A DNA stretch of 64,000 nucleotides from Raillietiella orientalis (lineage: Eukaryota), in NCBI GenBank assembly GCA_036172245.1, contig JAYWIR010000017.1:1364001-1428000 (forward strand). The letters run 5' to 3'. The first letter of the stretch is position 1; each line of letters opens with the position of its first letter. A program made the translations under genes and the position numbers. A model generated the notes under the pieces. The model was not told the origin of the DNA and ran no database searches. It saw nothing but the letters and a program-made list of their open reading frames with translations. Below, piece after piece: positions 11,706 to 24,400 of this stretch.

Positions 11706-13546
11706 GAGCCTAGAACGGGAAGAAGGAAACGGAAGCATCTCTTTGAATGCTGTCAGGTGTGCGCGCATTCTCATGACTCTCGGGTAGAATCAGGCCGGGC
11801 GAAGGAATGCACCCTGCGCCAGCTGCCCCGTGGCCCCATCCCAAATGCCCCACTGCTCTCTGGCGAAGCAGTGGCGGAGAGGCCCTCGTCTCCAACTGCT
11901 AGACCGCTCCCGATCCGAGTCTTGAGTGACGCCTTTCCAGAACGTGTTCCTGATTTCCAGCTCTTCAGCTCTACCCCTGCCCCTGGAGCAGGAGGTCCCG
12001 GCTTGGTAGGAAGGACGCGCTGGACGCGGAGACTGACCGTCTCTGCGTCCAGCACGTGGGCCAGGAAGAGGCGCGGTGCGCGCGAGAGGGAGGCGCGTTT
12101 CAGGATTGCCTTCGGCAGTGACCTCGGCGGAGGTCCGCCGCTTCCGGTCGCTCTCGTTCTTGGCGGCGGACTCGGGGCTGGGAGGAGGCTTGGGCATGGC
12201 AGGAGAGGTCCTGTTCGCTTGGGGGGCAGGAATAGAGGGAAGGAGCTCCCCCCACAAAAAAAAAGGGAAGACGGCGATTCCACGTGCGTCCGGCCTGTGG
12301 GCCCCAGCGCCCGCACATCCTTTTCTGCGAAGCCAAGAGGGCGCTCCACTGCCCCCTCGAGTGATGGCAGCTCACTTGGTGCGGGGCGCAGAGTCGCGGG
12401 AACCAGGAATGTGGGGAAAGGCTCACTGTCGCGTCCGAGCTGGATCCGGAAGTCTTGAGATCCTCGGTTCAGAGAAGCAGGTAGGCGGGTCGGGTCATTC
12501 CTCGTTCGCGCGGGTCGCCTCCTCAGCTTCTCCTCTCTCCGCTCCCTTCTCACGGGAGAGGCCCCTCCGGAACGAGGAGACTCCTGAGTCCGGCCCTATC
12601 AGCCGAAAGTGGGGATCATAGGATGAGGTCAGGGCTCCCGGTCGCTTTGACAACGAGCCGGTGCGCGCGCGCTGCCTCCCCACCCTCTTCTTTCACACCC
12701 TGCAACAGTTGAGCACTTAGGGCTGCTCTGGCCGCCAGCGCTGAGGGAGGGAAAGGGCGAGCGAGCTCGGGCGTCTCCCAGGCAACAGGAAGACCCAGCA
12801 GCTGCCGGTCTCTCTGGAGATCAGCCTCCGTCGCTGCTCCTCCTCCTGGAAACCGTGCGGAGAGACTGAGACACGCAGCTGCTGGATCCTCCCCACGACG
12901 AGTTGGCTTGCCCCTCTGACCGTGCCATCCGGAGAGGCTCCCGGGACGCGTCCTCCGGAGGAGATCCGGAGGAAAGCGGGGAGGGGGGGACAGGAATTCA
13001 TCCCCCACCCGGCCTTCTCACTCCCCTCCAGAAGCAGGCACATCGCCTCTCCCGTTCGCCCGCGCCTCCCCCATGGGCGGCGGGGAGCGTCCGGCTCGGC
13101 TGCCCACGGAAGGACGAGCGGAGGACGTTGCTGTTTCTCTCGCAGTTCGCAGCTTCCCCCCCCTCCCGCCTTATCAGCTGTTAATCGAACCGGATCTGAG
13201 GATGGATCGGCGGTCTCCCCGGAAGTCTCCTTCGACCCTGGGCGCGCTTCTTCCGCACGCCCCGGATCGCTTCCTGCCTCCCGGAGACGGAGCTGCCGGC
13301 ATCCTCGCTCCGGGCGGGGGAGGAGGAAGAGGGAGGGGAGGGGGCGAACGCAGCCATCCTCGATGCACCGAGCGCTCTGCCTGCCAGCGATGCCTGAGGG
13401 AGAAGGCTGGGTTGTGATCGTCGCTCGAACCTGCGGTCTCCAGAGAGAGGAGGGAGGTGAGCGGTGGACCAGGGACCGGGAGAGAGGATGAAGCGACGGT
13501 GGATGAATCGCGTGGGCGGCCAGTCGATCGGCGAGATTCCCTGTCA

Positions 13547-14071
13547 ATGGGCTCCTTGAGGAGATCCCGGAGCGCCTGGCCACCGCCGCAGGGGGGCATC
13601 CATGCAGGAGCCGCGCAGCGAACGGCCCGCCACTCGGAGGCTTCCCGGAGCCCTCGCGACGACTGCGCGGGTGGGTCGCGTCCGGCGGCTGCTCGAGGAT
13701 GCGCGGACAGCGGCGCGCGCGCAGGAGACCCACGAGCGTGGAGCGAGGTGGTGGTGGAGGCTCCTGACCTCCGCCAAACCGCGCGTCCTCTGCTGGAAGC
13801 CGCCCGCGGCGGTGCGCACCCGGCCCGATGCTCGCAGCGTAGCCTTTCCGGCAGTCCCTCAGGCAGGCCGTCGGGCCCGGAGCTACTACACGCCTGGAGC
13901 ATCTCCTGCAACCACCCCACGTGCGCTTACCCCGTATCCCAACCGCCCCTGCGCGCACTGTCCTCCCCTTACGCTCCCCTCCTTCTCCCCCTTCTCCCCA
14001 CAAACAGACGCCCCAGTGGTCCCATGCTGCCCTCGTCGCCGCCGTCGTCTTCTCGCCACTTTCAGCTTCCG
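13547..14071 (+). CDS. Putative first coding exon(s) of a long-isoform AMPK gamma-like gene (MGSLRRSRSAW...RPSGPMLPSSPPSSSRHFQLP); may contain an 87-nt in-frame intron at 13921-14007
   Basis: Open frame from ATG 13547 to a strong donor CCG|GTAAGT at 14071/14072 (phase 0), inside a GC/CpG-rich island. Internal weak GTGCGC donor (13921) and pyrimidine tract + CAG acceptor (14007) keep the frame. Motifs RHSEA, QRSLSGSP, PELLHAW and RPSGPMLP resemble insect SNF4Agamma long N-termini from memory; not verified. Confidence 0.5.
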
Positions 14072-17000
14072 GTAAGTTCGCGCGCGCCCGCGTGAGGGAC
14101 GGGAAGAACCGGGGATTGCAACCGGGAGGCAGCGGGTGCCCACGGAGGGACGCAACCTTCCTCTCGACGGCCGCACTTCCGACCTAGCGCGGCTTCCGGA
14201 AGCGAAGTCGGCCGTGGCGGCAGAAGCGGGCGATGTCCCCCCCCCACCCGGAGCGCGCCTTGAGCCCGAATAGGCAGCGGATGAGGACAAATGGCTAGGG
14301 GGTGGAGGTGGACGTCACTCACGGCAAAGAGCCGGTGCTCCGAGCTTCTTTCTCTCCAGAGAGTGCGGGTGGCCATGGCAACGGTTCGGAGGGTGCGCCG
14401 ACGTGATTGCCAGACTCCGCTCGGGGTTTCTCAACTTCGGAGCGCCCTCGGCCCTGCATGGCACGCGGGGCAGCCGGCCATTCGGAAAGGAAAAAAAAAA
14501 AGAGAAGAAAAAAGGCATGAGGGAAGAGGAAGGAGAGGCATGAGCGCGCGCAGCCTTCCATGGGTGTCCCCTCGAACCTCCCCCAGAGCTCCTTCCCCGC
14601 CCCGCACGGGAGCCTCCGTTCCTTCCGCCCCAAAACCGGAAGTTGCGAAAAACTCGCCGGTTCCTTCCTCCTCTTCCTCCGCGTTTCGTGGCGGCGTCCT
14701 CTCTCTGGAGCGGAGGGCGTTGGCAGGGGCGCGCGAGATCGATTCGCCCGAGGCCCTGGCGAGCGGCGACGACGCGTTCCCGTGGCGATGAGCACTTCAC
14801 GCGCCGAGGGGACCCCCCGCGCTGGGAACGAACGTTTCTTCGGAACGAGAAAGCTAGGCTGACCGCTACCCGTCAGCAGGGTCGGCGTTTCTTCCAGGTT
14901 TTCGCGCTGCGCTTTCCTGGCGGAAGGCAGGGCTGCCACCTCCGATTTCTTTTCCGTTGTCTCGAGTCCTCTTCTAGTCTGTTTTTCTTCTTTATTTTGC
15001 TAAATGCCCTGGGGCAACTGTGGTCTTGCGAACCACAATAGCTCCATGGTTGTCGGAATGTTTGCAGGCAGCCTCTGCCTGTGCATCATCGCTCTGTACA
15101 CGGGCACGTACATGCCGTACGCATCTGCATGTGCATGCGCGAAGCAAAGGTGCGTTGAGAGCATCGAGCAGCACGCGCTCTGCCGCCGCATCCAAGGCCA
15201 GCCGCGCCTACTCCCAAAAGCGAAGGGAGAACCCCGGCGTCCGGGCACGCCGGGGCGTTTTCTGGCTTCCCCCAGGTTGCCATGGTCGTGAGAAACTGGG
15301 TAAGAGAGGGGGGAGCTCTGGGATTGCTTGATGATGAGACCGGTGCAACCGATGGTTTTGCCGATTGAGGGGATTCAAAATCTGTGGGTCGCTCCTCTCG
15401 GCTCCCGTTCCGCAGCCTGGAATTTCCAGATTCCGATGGAGGGGTTTCGGCTCTCAGACAGGCCCCGTGTGGCAATGGAACTCCCTCTGGAGAATCCGAA
15501 GAGCTGGCACCTGGCTGGAACGGATCGCGTCCGTAGTCAGGGTCGAGCTGCACCGAGTGTTTTTCGAAGCTGGAACGCTTCCGGTGAAGATGATGCCTGG
15601 CGCATACGGTCTCTTAGCAACTGCGTGCTCGCTCACCGGATGTTCCGTGCTCCCCGAAAGGAGTTTTCCCGAACCAGAGGGACACAGAAAAGTGTTTTCG
15701 TTCCTAAACTCCCGCTGCACCCTGCTCCCAGAAAACAGGCGAATTTCATCATCCCCCTCCTCTTCCCGTACACTTCCAGAAAGCCTCGCGCAAATTGGTG
15801 CGATTCGGCTCTGACGCCTCTTCTGGTTGCGATGGGGACCGCAGAATCCCTCGGTGCCAAGGCGCGGGTCGCTATCAGCTCGTCTTTGGCCTCCCGTTCC
15901 CGGCGAACAGCTTCGCTGCCGATCCCGCTCTTCGCGGTCCGATGAGCCGGAGAACCCATTCCGGGAGCGCGCTCCGGTTTCTGGCACCGTCTTGCTGTCC
16001 TCGCTCCTCGCCTCACCTGCGATCGGAGAATCTTTGGCAAGCGTCTCTGAGCCGTATGAAGCCGTACATTCCTCTGCTCGCTTCCGTATCTTGGTGCAGC
16101 GGCGACGACGTCAAATCTATGGAGACGCTTCCTGGGTCCCCGGTCTTGCAGCTGGAAAGAGCAGCAAGCACGGACGCCACTCCCTTCCTGGCAGCTGCTC
16201 TAGCCTCCCAGAAAGCGGATGAGTCGGAGAGGGTCTGCTGCTGCAGTGGCTTTCACCGAGTACCCTCTCCTGTTTCCAGCCAGTGCTGAAGGAGGTGACC
16301 GGTCTTGCAAGAATGCGGCCGCGCACGTTTAGCCCCGAGTGACCTCCGGAAGATCGGAACTTCTCCATGCAGGGGGAGGGCGAACTTTGCTCGCCGGGAT
16401 GCAAGACGAGAAGATTCTGAAGCGGAAGAGGCAGACGGGTCGTATGTGTGTGCGTTTTGGAGGGGTAAGGGGAGGGGAAACGCTTAGAACGAGGAGGCAG
16501 CTTCGCTTTGAATTTTCCCCCCTCGCCGACAGAGGACGCTACATTCTTCAGTTGTTAAAGGGAGTAGTCAGTCAGGCAGCTTGCACTCGTAAAGGCCAGG
16601 AGGAATGCCTTTCGGGCACTCGTAGCCGTCGTGAACGAGATCGTTCGCAGCTGTGTCTTGCTTTCGCGACTTCCATCCTGCTCCTCCTGAGGAGTTGCGC
16701 ACTCTCCAGCGTTCTCAGTGCGCATCCTTTGTTGCCTTTGCATGCGTTGCTCCCTACGCTGTGACTCTCAGGTCACGAATCTCGCTAGGGAGAGAGTCGC
16801 TGTGCCACGGTCGCGCACAACTGGGTGGGGGGAGTGGGGGCTCCGAGATTGCTTCATGATGCGACCGATGGTTTTCCTCGAGACTGCAGATTTCCCATTT
16901 TAAGCGTCGACTTCCTATTCCGGTGACGACAGCCGCCGTCTTCCTCCCCGAGCCCTGCCGGATGTTAACAGGCGTGGGGACAAATACACCTGCACGTTCG

Positions 17001-17849
17001 TTTCCATTATTCTCCTCCACCTTCTTCTATTGGTCTTGGATGCGCTAGCTGCCCTCTAGCCATGGTTTTCAGCCAGCATCGACTTCCGGAGTTCAAGCCG
17101 CCACCATCGATCTAATGAATTTCGCTCACTTCGCCCCCTCCGACTCGATTCCGCTCCTTGGGCTCTCTCGCTAAGCGTGTGACTGCCAGGGGGAACTGCA
17201 TCGCCCTATCCTAATTTGAAATTCCGTCTCAGCCGGTACCGTGGTAATGCCAGAAGTTTTGCCTCGTGACGTAGTTGGTTATATGGTGTCTGTGATTCAC
17301 CATAAAAACGAAACAAAGCCTACCATTGTGTTTAGATCGCCATGACGCGTTGTAAAAGGAAAAAAAAAAAAGAGAGAAAATTGCTGTCGTGCAGGCGTTG
17401 CTGTTCTCTGCAGCCTCGTTTTTTTCTTCCCACCTTCTATGTTTCTAAGTTTTCCGATCTGTTCGCCCAAGTCCCGGTGACACTCCCAGCGGAGTCCTGC
17501 ACCTGCGTTTTTTCTTCAATGTGTTTCGGAAGAGTTGCTGCTGCAAGCTTTCTCCTTCCCTGCCCCCTCCTCTTCTAGATTTCACGCTATACTGTTTCAT
17601 CTCGTGTTCTTTCAGTCGTTTCCATTTACCACTTTTTAAATTGCGCATTCCGCTGACAAGGCTCCGTTCTTTGTCGGAGTTCGTCCCTGCCGGGATGTAT
17701 CATCGGAAGAATTAACTTGCTGATGAAGATCTTGGTCCTATTCCTGAAAAGAACTGAATCATCACAGCAGATTACGGAACTGTCTTGAAACAGAATATCT
17801 TCCTGCCGATGCTTCTAAAGTAGCAACTTTACGTAGCGCTGCTGTTCGC

Positions 17850-20025
17850 AAGAGATCGCGTTTTATCGTCTGAAATCGAATGCCTTTTTTTATTCCAGCA
17901 TGTCTTGCAGGCTGCCTTCTGAGAAATTTTCTCTCTTTGCTACAATATCGTCGTCAAGAAAGTGCCGTTTCCTTCGCAGCAGTGATCATTGTTTTCAAAG
18001 ATTGGATGCAACTCTTGTTTACTTTTATCTACCTCGGCTGAAAACATGGCACAAAGATGGGTTGGAGATGAACTCCACAGAGTTTCGACAGCATGGCTGG
18101 GTATTCAAATCATCTCCAGCGAAGATGTGCGCATCTTTTCTTCACGTTCCGTGACACGCTAATGTGGTGTCAAGCGATCGAATGTGTGGCTGGTTTGGCT
18201 TCGGATGCTGTTGTCCACTGGGCTGACCACATGGCTATCCAGTTCTCTATTAGCAATCCACGCTTTAGTGGTGCGATGGTACTTTTCAGCACGCATATGG
18301 GGCTGATCCTCGAACTGCATTCCTTTCCTGATCACAAGGCAACTTTCCGCAACATTACAGGGATTTCTTCCCCTGTTCATAATGATTTACGTAATGGGAA
18401 AGGGTTGGAACGATCTCAGGTTGTACTGTTCTAGCAAAGGATTCGACTTTCCTCTTTTAGGGACAGGCTGTGTTTTGCAGCTGTCTTCGCCTGCGTTCAG
18501 TAACAAGGAAACATAATCTTGTGTAGCCGCATGCCCTTTTCTCATCTAACGTCTTTGACCTTCTCTTTTTAAAGGAAAAGAAGAACTGAAAAGTGACTTC
18601 TCTTTTTGTATGTGAGAGCAGAAGTGCGTGTGTAGAACATGGCGGTCGTTCTCTGAAGATTTCATGTTTTTAAACCTTAACTCGGAACTTCTAGAATTTT
18701 CGAAATATCCCTGAACTTTTGAAATCTTTCCAGAAAGGTTTTTTTTTTTTTGTTTACGCTTTCCCACTGGGGATGTTCTAGTGCAAAGCATTCGGCCAAG
18801 CCTTGCTACAGAAACGGACGGAATTTAGCATCCGATCATCACGGCATCTTTAAGCGAAGTAAGTGAATTCTGAAAGAAATAAACTCCGATGCTCGGAACT
18901 CACTTTCCTGCACCATGATTTTCTGACTGATTCCATCCTCACATTCCAATGGAGGTGTTCTTTCAAGGGCTACATTCCATGAATGTGCACTGAGTGAATG
19001 AGAAACTTCAGCTTGTTCACGAGAGAGGGAGGAAGTTCTCCTTGGAGACAAAGGAGTTATTATTTTCTTTCGAAATTGGGATCAAAGAAGTAACTCCTGC
19101 TTCTTTGATCTCCTTGATGAAGTTCTGGATGACGATGAGCGTGGAACGTTTGTAGGAGTGGAAGAGTGTGTTAAAGTGCTTCATATCGCAGAAGGGAAAT
19201 ACGCATATAAGAATTTTTTTTTCGGTCCAGCTGAAGAATTTAGCCATTTGTAAACGATAATCGAAGCCGCTGCTGTTGAAGGTAGGAACGTATCAACTGT
19301 AAGTGTGCGTATGTGTAAAAAATCACCTATCTGTAGTAAAAATCACCTATTGTGTGTCGCTTATAGGCACAAGCAAGCACACAGCTTGAATATGGTGCGC
19401 ACGAATCGCTGTACACAACTGCTCATAATACGTGTATTTACTGACAGACAAGTCGGAATATTTGCATGGATGAATGAATGCCCGTACTTTAGTACGGTGA
19501 GGCATCGATAGAGATCCATAGGTACACCAGGACACGCGTGAAGCCTTAATGTGAGCACGTACTAAATAGACATTTGCAAGGTGAGGTCGGTTGTCTGGCG
19601 TAACGCGAGCTCCTGGAAGTCATTTCGGGAGGAATGCCCAGTGGAAGTCATCACGAGTTGCTCCTTACTGCTTGGGGTTTGTCTTCTTTCTCTTCTCTTC
19701 CGCAGCATTCTGCTTCCAGTTCGATTAAAGTGAACTCGGTCCTTGCAGCAGAGGATTCGGCCACAAGAAACTGAAGATACTTCTGTGTAGCAGTTGGATC
19801 GCAGAGCGCGCCGTGGTACTTTGTGTTGTGTTTTCGGCTAGGGTCGATAAAAGTAAACAAGATTACAGCTTTTGGCATCAAATCTTGGATAACAAGGATT
19901 GCTGTTGCGAAAGGAAACGGCAATTTTTCGACAACGATGTTGTAGCAAAGAGCGAAAATGTCTCGAAAGGCAAGCTGAAAACTTTTTGGAAAAAAATTAA
20001 ATGCCGAAACGCGATCTCTTGTGAA
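17850..20025. mobile_element. Putative ~2.2 kb DNA transposon with long diverged terminal inverted repeats and an internal Myb/SANT-like ORF relic
   Basis: Arms at ~17850-18125 and ~19735-20025 are reverse complements (CTTGTTTACTTTTATCTACCTCGGCTGAAAACA vs TGTTTTCGGCTAGGGTCGATAAAAGTAAACAAG). The internal minus ORF 19017-19247 (MAKFFSWTEKK..LI...IKEIKEAGV) resembles a Myb/SANT-like domain. Confidence 0.5.
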
Positions 20026-20099
20026 TGCTCAAACCGGAAACGGGTGTGCAGTGCGGTCTGCTCTCTCGAGGGGGAGTTGTGGCATCTTACAAGAACGGC

Positions 20100-22450
20100 A
20101 GAAGCTTCCATTCCATCTCAAGAAGGATCCTCAATCACCTAAATTCAGCCCACGCCGCCTCTTTTCTCTCTTATTGAAGTCGTGGTAGATAGGAATCCAG
20201 TCTAACGCGCGACGGAGCGAGATGGACTTCGGTTCCGCACGGTTCTTCAGGGGTCATTGGCGGAGCTGGCGCTGGTTTCGAAGGGCCTGTTCGCTGGTTT
20301 TGCAGGGGTCTCTGCTTTTAGGGCCAATGCCCTACGAAGGAGAAGGCGAAAAAGATGTCCTTCCTACTAGACAAAAAAGTGCAAAAAGAGGGGATCGGAG
20401 ATCCACTTGCTACGGTTTGTGATGCTCCGGGTGAAAGGCGGTGTGTGACCGATCCCAAGTTTTGGGACCCTTGTCAACGAAACTTGCGAAGGATGGCGAT
20501 GGCGAAAAGTCTGAAGAACCTGGCTATGGCAAGGCCGCAGGCATGAAATGGCACTGCCGTTTTTTTTGAAACCAACACATTAAGTCTGCTTCCTCGTTGC
20601 GGGAAGCAGACTCGCGATGTAAGGTCGTGGTCACAGAGTTGCCTGTAGAAATTGTGACGTCCATCCATGCATTGCTGATGTTTGTTCCTTTGCCGTGATG
20701 GCACCACAGGGAACCGGATTTCTGGGAAGTGGCGCCAAAAATTTGCAGCTGTTCCCGGAACCCTCGGTTTCGAAAAGAGACTGCAAGCTTTTTTTGTCTG
20801 CGGCAACTTCAGTAGACGTTTGTTTCTTCCGTTGCTTTCTCGAGTTACCATTCCACCTCTCTTACACTAACGATTCAGGTCTGCTGCATTTCCGTAAAGA
20901 TCTGCTTCATAATGGAGACGTTAACTACGCGCTGCAAAGCGCCGGCTGCTTGGAGTTAACACAAAGCTGTGTCCAATCGGATACTTTTCTCGGTAGACTG
21001 GAGCCTCTCTGCTCATCCACCCGCAGTCATTCCTTCTGGATTCCCGACGTTCTGCCATGTGTACCTCTCTTACTTTGTATTTTGCTTGAGGTGTTTCTTA
21101 TCCGGTTCAGGAAAACTTTTTTTTTGGGGGAGAGCTTCCTGCATGCTTGTCAGCAGTGATCGTCAGTCGTCATTTGTATGCCTTCTCTTGAAGTTCTTCC
21201 TGCCAACTGTTATCGTCACTCTTCAATTCCTTTCATTGTTTTCCTCTCGTTTTCTCCATCCTCAAGGAATTTCCGGTCGAAAAAAAAAACAAAAAAAACG
21301 TCGGATTCGGTTCTTAGGGCCACTCTTGAGGAACGAGATCTCAGGAGCGCTCCTCATGCCTTCGCGACTCCGTCTAAGGAGGATCAGGTCAAACCTCTGC
21401 AATTTTCCTGTCTCTATTTCCCCGAACTTTTCCTTGCTCATGGATGGTGATGGTCGGTATCCGACTGCAGCTACAAGAACAGTGCACGGAGGGCAGCGAG
21501 TCTTTTGGATGACACTTGGAGGGACACATCTACAGAGAGCGAATTTCAAATAATCAACCTGAAAGGTCGTAAACTCTTCAGGCACGACTTGGGCACGTGC
21601 CACAGTCTTGCCAGCTCCATTGTATGTGTACATGCAAGCGTTCAAGGTCATACGCTTTTTTTTTTTTTTTCGCACACACTCACAAGTTCATGCTCGAATG
21701 TGATGTGCACACACATGTATGCAGTTCACACACACACACACACAAAATACGCGCGCGTCTAAATACGTTGAACAGCACGCACGCAGGATCGCTTTTTTCA
21801 CTTGAAATACGCATGTACGTAACATGAAACATGCACACACGCACGCGCAGACGCACACACGCACGCGTAAGAATCTGTAAGCACAAGAACATGCGAAACA
21901 TGAAGACGGGAGCTGCTCACACCTCTCTGCTCTTTTTTTTCTCTTGGCTTGGGTTGCCGGCAGATTTTGGGGAATGTTCGAAACCTGCCACGTAGGGCCG
22001 CTCGCGATTCTCCTGCGATCCGTGCGGAAACGACCACGGATCAAGCCTGTGGACGCGCCATCTTTTAGTTCCGTCTGACTGGTCAGGTAGTTCGTTCGAA
22101 GGCTGCGCAGATGCACTGGATTCCGCGCAGGCGGCACCATCGCAGGCTGCATCGAAGAAGAAGGCTTTCCTTCTTGGGAGCGAAATTCGCTCGAAAGTCA
22201 TTCATCTCGTGTTCAGTGAGACGGGGTTAGGAGATACCCGGTCCTTCAAACTCACGGGACAAAAAACGGACGGACCTCTTTTGGGGAGCTTTTGTGCACA
22301 CGGTGGAAGAAGGCCTTCCCCTGAAATGTGCCTGGAGGCCCCCGTGTGTGGTTTGCTCTGCATAGCCCTGCGTCCATGCGAGGGGGAGGGGGACACACAG
22401 GCAATGCGCACCTTTGTGCTTCGAAGGGCACGGGATGCACGCTTGTTTTC
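20100..22450 (-). mobile_element. Degraded Ty3/Gypsy pol remnant
   Basis: Minus-strand GYRPSPSMSKEKFGEIE...DLI...SAPEISFLKSG..RIR (~21300-21470) fits the PYR...EI..L..G.I..S.W.SP RT start. LPQTKK...FWRHFPE (~20720-20810) fits the RT thumb. Confidence 0.45.
21670..21870. repeat. CA/CACG-rich low-complexity tract
   Basis: (CA)n at ~21727-21744 and CACG/CACA repeats at ~21830-21867. Confidence 0.8.
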
Positions 22451-22568
22451 CTTTGCTCGCTCTTGCTCGTTTCCAAGCATCCTTCTGCCCAGCTCGCAGC
22501 GTGCAGCAACAGAGAAAGAACGCTTTCGATGAGTGACCTCATTGGTTTTTGCTTTTTTTTTTTTGCAG

Positions 22569-23093
22569 GACAGGATGTGTTCTTATTCGGAATTACACAC
22601 GACAGTGCAGAGAAACGAGAACATTGACTCAGAGGGAATTTTTCCCAAGCGCCCGGAGACCAAACACGCTGCTGCAGAAGGCGACTGCAAGCGTCCTTCT
22701 TCTTCCAGCGTGCCATGGGAAGGAGAACTAGGAAGTGATCGGAGTCCTTCCGTCGAGAACGTCAGCGAGCTGCTTGCCAACTTCGGATTCGAGTATCGAA
22801 GCCGCGAAACCAGCAACTTCATGGAAGACATCCTCGAGGAGGAACTGCTCACCACCAGTGACGTGTCCCTCGAATCCAGATTGGACCGCTCGTCGCCGCC
22901 GCCGCCTTCCGCGACCCGCCACCTGCACCCCACGGAGGATGCTTCGATCTCGCCGGCGAAGAGGCACTCCGATGCGAAGAGGGACCCGGGGTTCATCGAC
23001 CCGTCCTTGATCGAGGTGCGACGCCCAAGAACCGAGGTGGTCGTCTCTTCGGAAAGCATCTGGGTCCACCAGTCGTGCTGCTTGGAGATCCCG
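22569..23093 (+). CDS. Putative internal or alternative coding exon (175 codons, DRMCSYSE...FGFEYR...ILEEE...RTEVVVSSESIWVHQSCCLEIP), probably of the same gene
   Basis: Long poly-T + GCAG acceptor ending 22568 and donor CCG|GTAAGG at 23093/23094. 525 nt, phase 0/0, no stops, protein-like acidic and Ser-rich composition. Frame-compatible with the exons at 14071 and 53174. Confidence 0.55.
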
Positions 23094-23699
23094 GTAAGGT
23101 TTGGAACTTTCCCGTGTTGGTCCTCCGTCGCATCCTCGGCCGACCTGACCTGCCTCCAAACGCGTACCGATGGGAAGAGGTCACTCCACTGGTCCTTGTT
23201 GAAATTTCCATCTCGGGGGAAGAATTTCCAGGCTCGGCAATCCTCTGAAATGATTTTTTTTTTTGTGGTTTCGCGACTGGGAGGCTGCGAGCGCCGCGTC
23301 TCGCGAGGCTCTTGGAAGCCTACACTCGTGGTCCGCCACCGCGTGTTTGCCCTTTGACCTCTTGACGGGAAAGCCCGGTGCTCCCCACCACCGCCGTGTT
23401 TCGGCGCCCTCCGGAACCACTTCGGCAGCTTCCCGTGGGCACAGCTCTTTCCGTGCGGACGTGCACTTATCTCTCCGCGTCTTGCCAGCGTCTCGCGAAT
23501 CCAAGCTGGGGGAAGGGGGAGGGACGAAGGTGCAGATCACCTTTCGATGGTCTGCCGGCTGAATCCAGCCGGGCTCCGTAGGGACGCATGGCGCTCGCCT
23601 GTGGTACTCCGAAGGAAATGCTGCTGCCTTGTGGGACTTAGCAGTAGGGCGCGAACCCGGAGCTGCGCGGAATCCCACAAGGGGAAGGAGAGGGGGTGG

Positions 23700-24400
23700 G
23701 GAGAACAAACAGGGGACGTACACGCGCTTCGGTGGCTCCGGGAAACGATGAGGAAGAGGGACAGCTCCTGTGGTCCCTCTCTCTGCAGTTACATAGGTCC
23801 TGGGCTGGTGGAAAATAAGGAATCAGAAACAATGGAAAGGCTTGCCAGAAGAAAGACGGCTATCCTCTGGGCGATCTTTGGAGGGGAATCTGAAAAGGGA
23901 GGGAAGGGGGGTAGAATGCGAATATCTTTGAAGGTTAGGAGGGATGCTGAGGGCATTGGAAAGATTCCTGGAGGACGGCACCGTCCGGGGTTTTCGTGGG
24001 AAGGGTCGCCGTCACCCGCAAGGAGACTGGGGAAAGGAAGGAGGTTGAGGAGGGATCTGCCCACAGTTTCCGAAATCTTTTCGACGTGGTCGAGCGGCCA
24101 CCGCTCAGACGAGCTGCCGGGATCAGAACCTGCGCGAGGGTCTCCCGTCGCCCCCCGCCGTCTGCCGTTTCGAGCCTTCCTTCTGGCTCTGCCTTCGAAG
24201 GGAGTTTGCTGCTCCTGGAGCTGCGCCAGGAGACGCCCACGGATGGCGGCGAAAGTGCTCGCGCGCGCGCGCGCCCCCTGCCGACCTCTCACCTGAGAGC
24301 TTCTCCTTCCCCCTCCTCCCTCTTCGCTGCAGCTCCCGCACAAGCTGGAGAGGCGTGCGTTCCTGTCCGGAGCGGTGGCGCCGGGACGCCGGCAGGCCCC
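23700..24400 (-). mobile_element. Degraded LINE apurinic-endonuclease-like domain
   Basis: LLNLLPFPSLLAGDGDPSHENPG...DIRILPP matches the LPxPxLLxGDFNxH..WG endonuclease pattern. Confidence 0.5.

Noticed and set aside
12717..14003. 428-aa minus-strand ORF and overlapping ORFs in the 12-16 kb island
   Set aside because: Stop-poor because of high GC; antisense to the better supported plus-strand exon with a strong donor.
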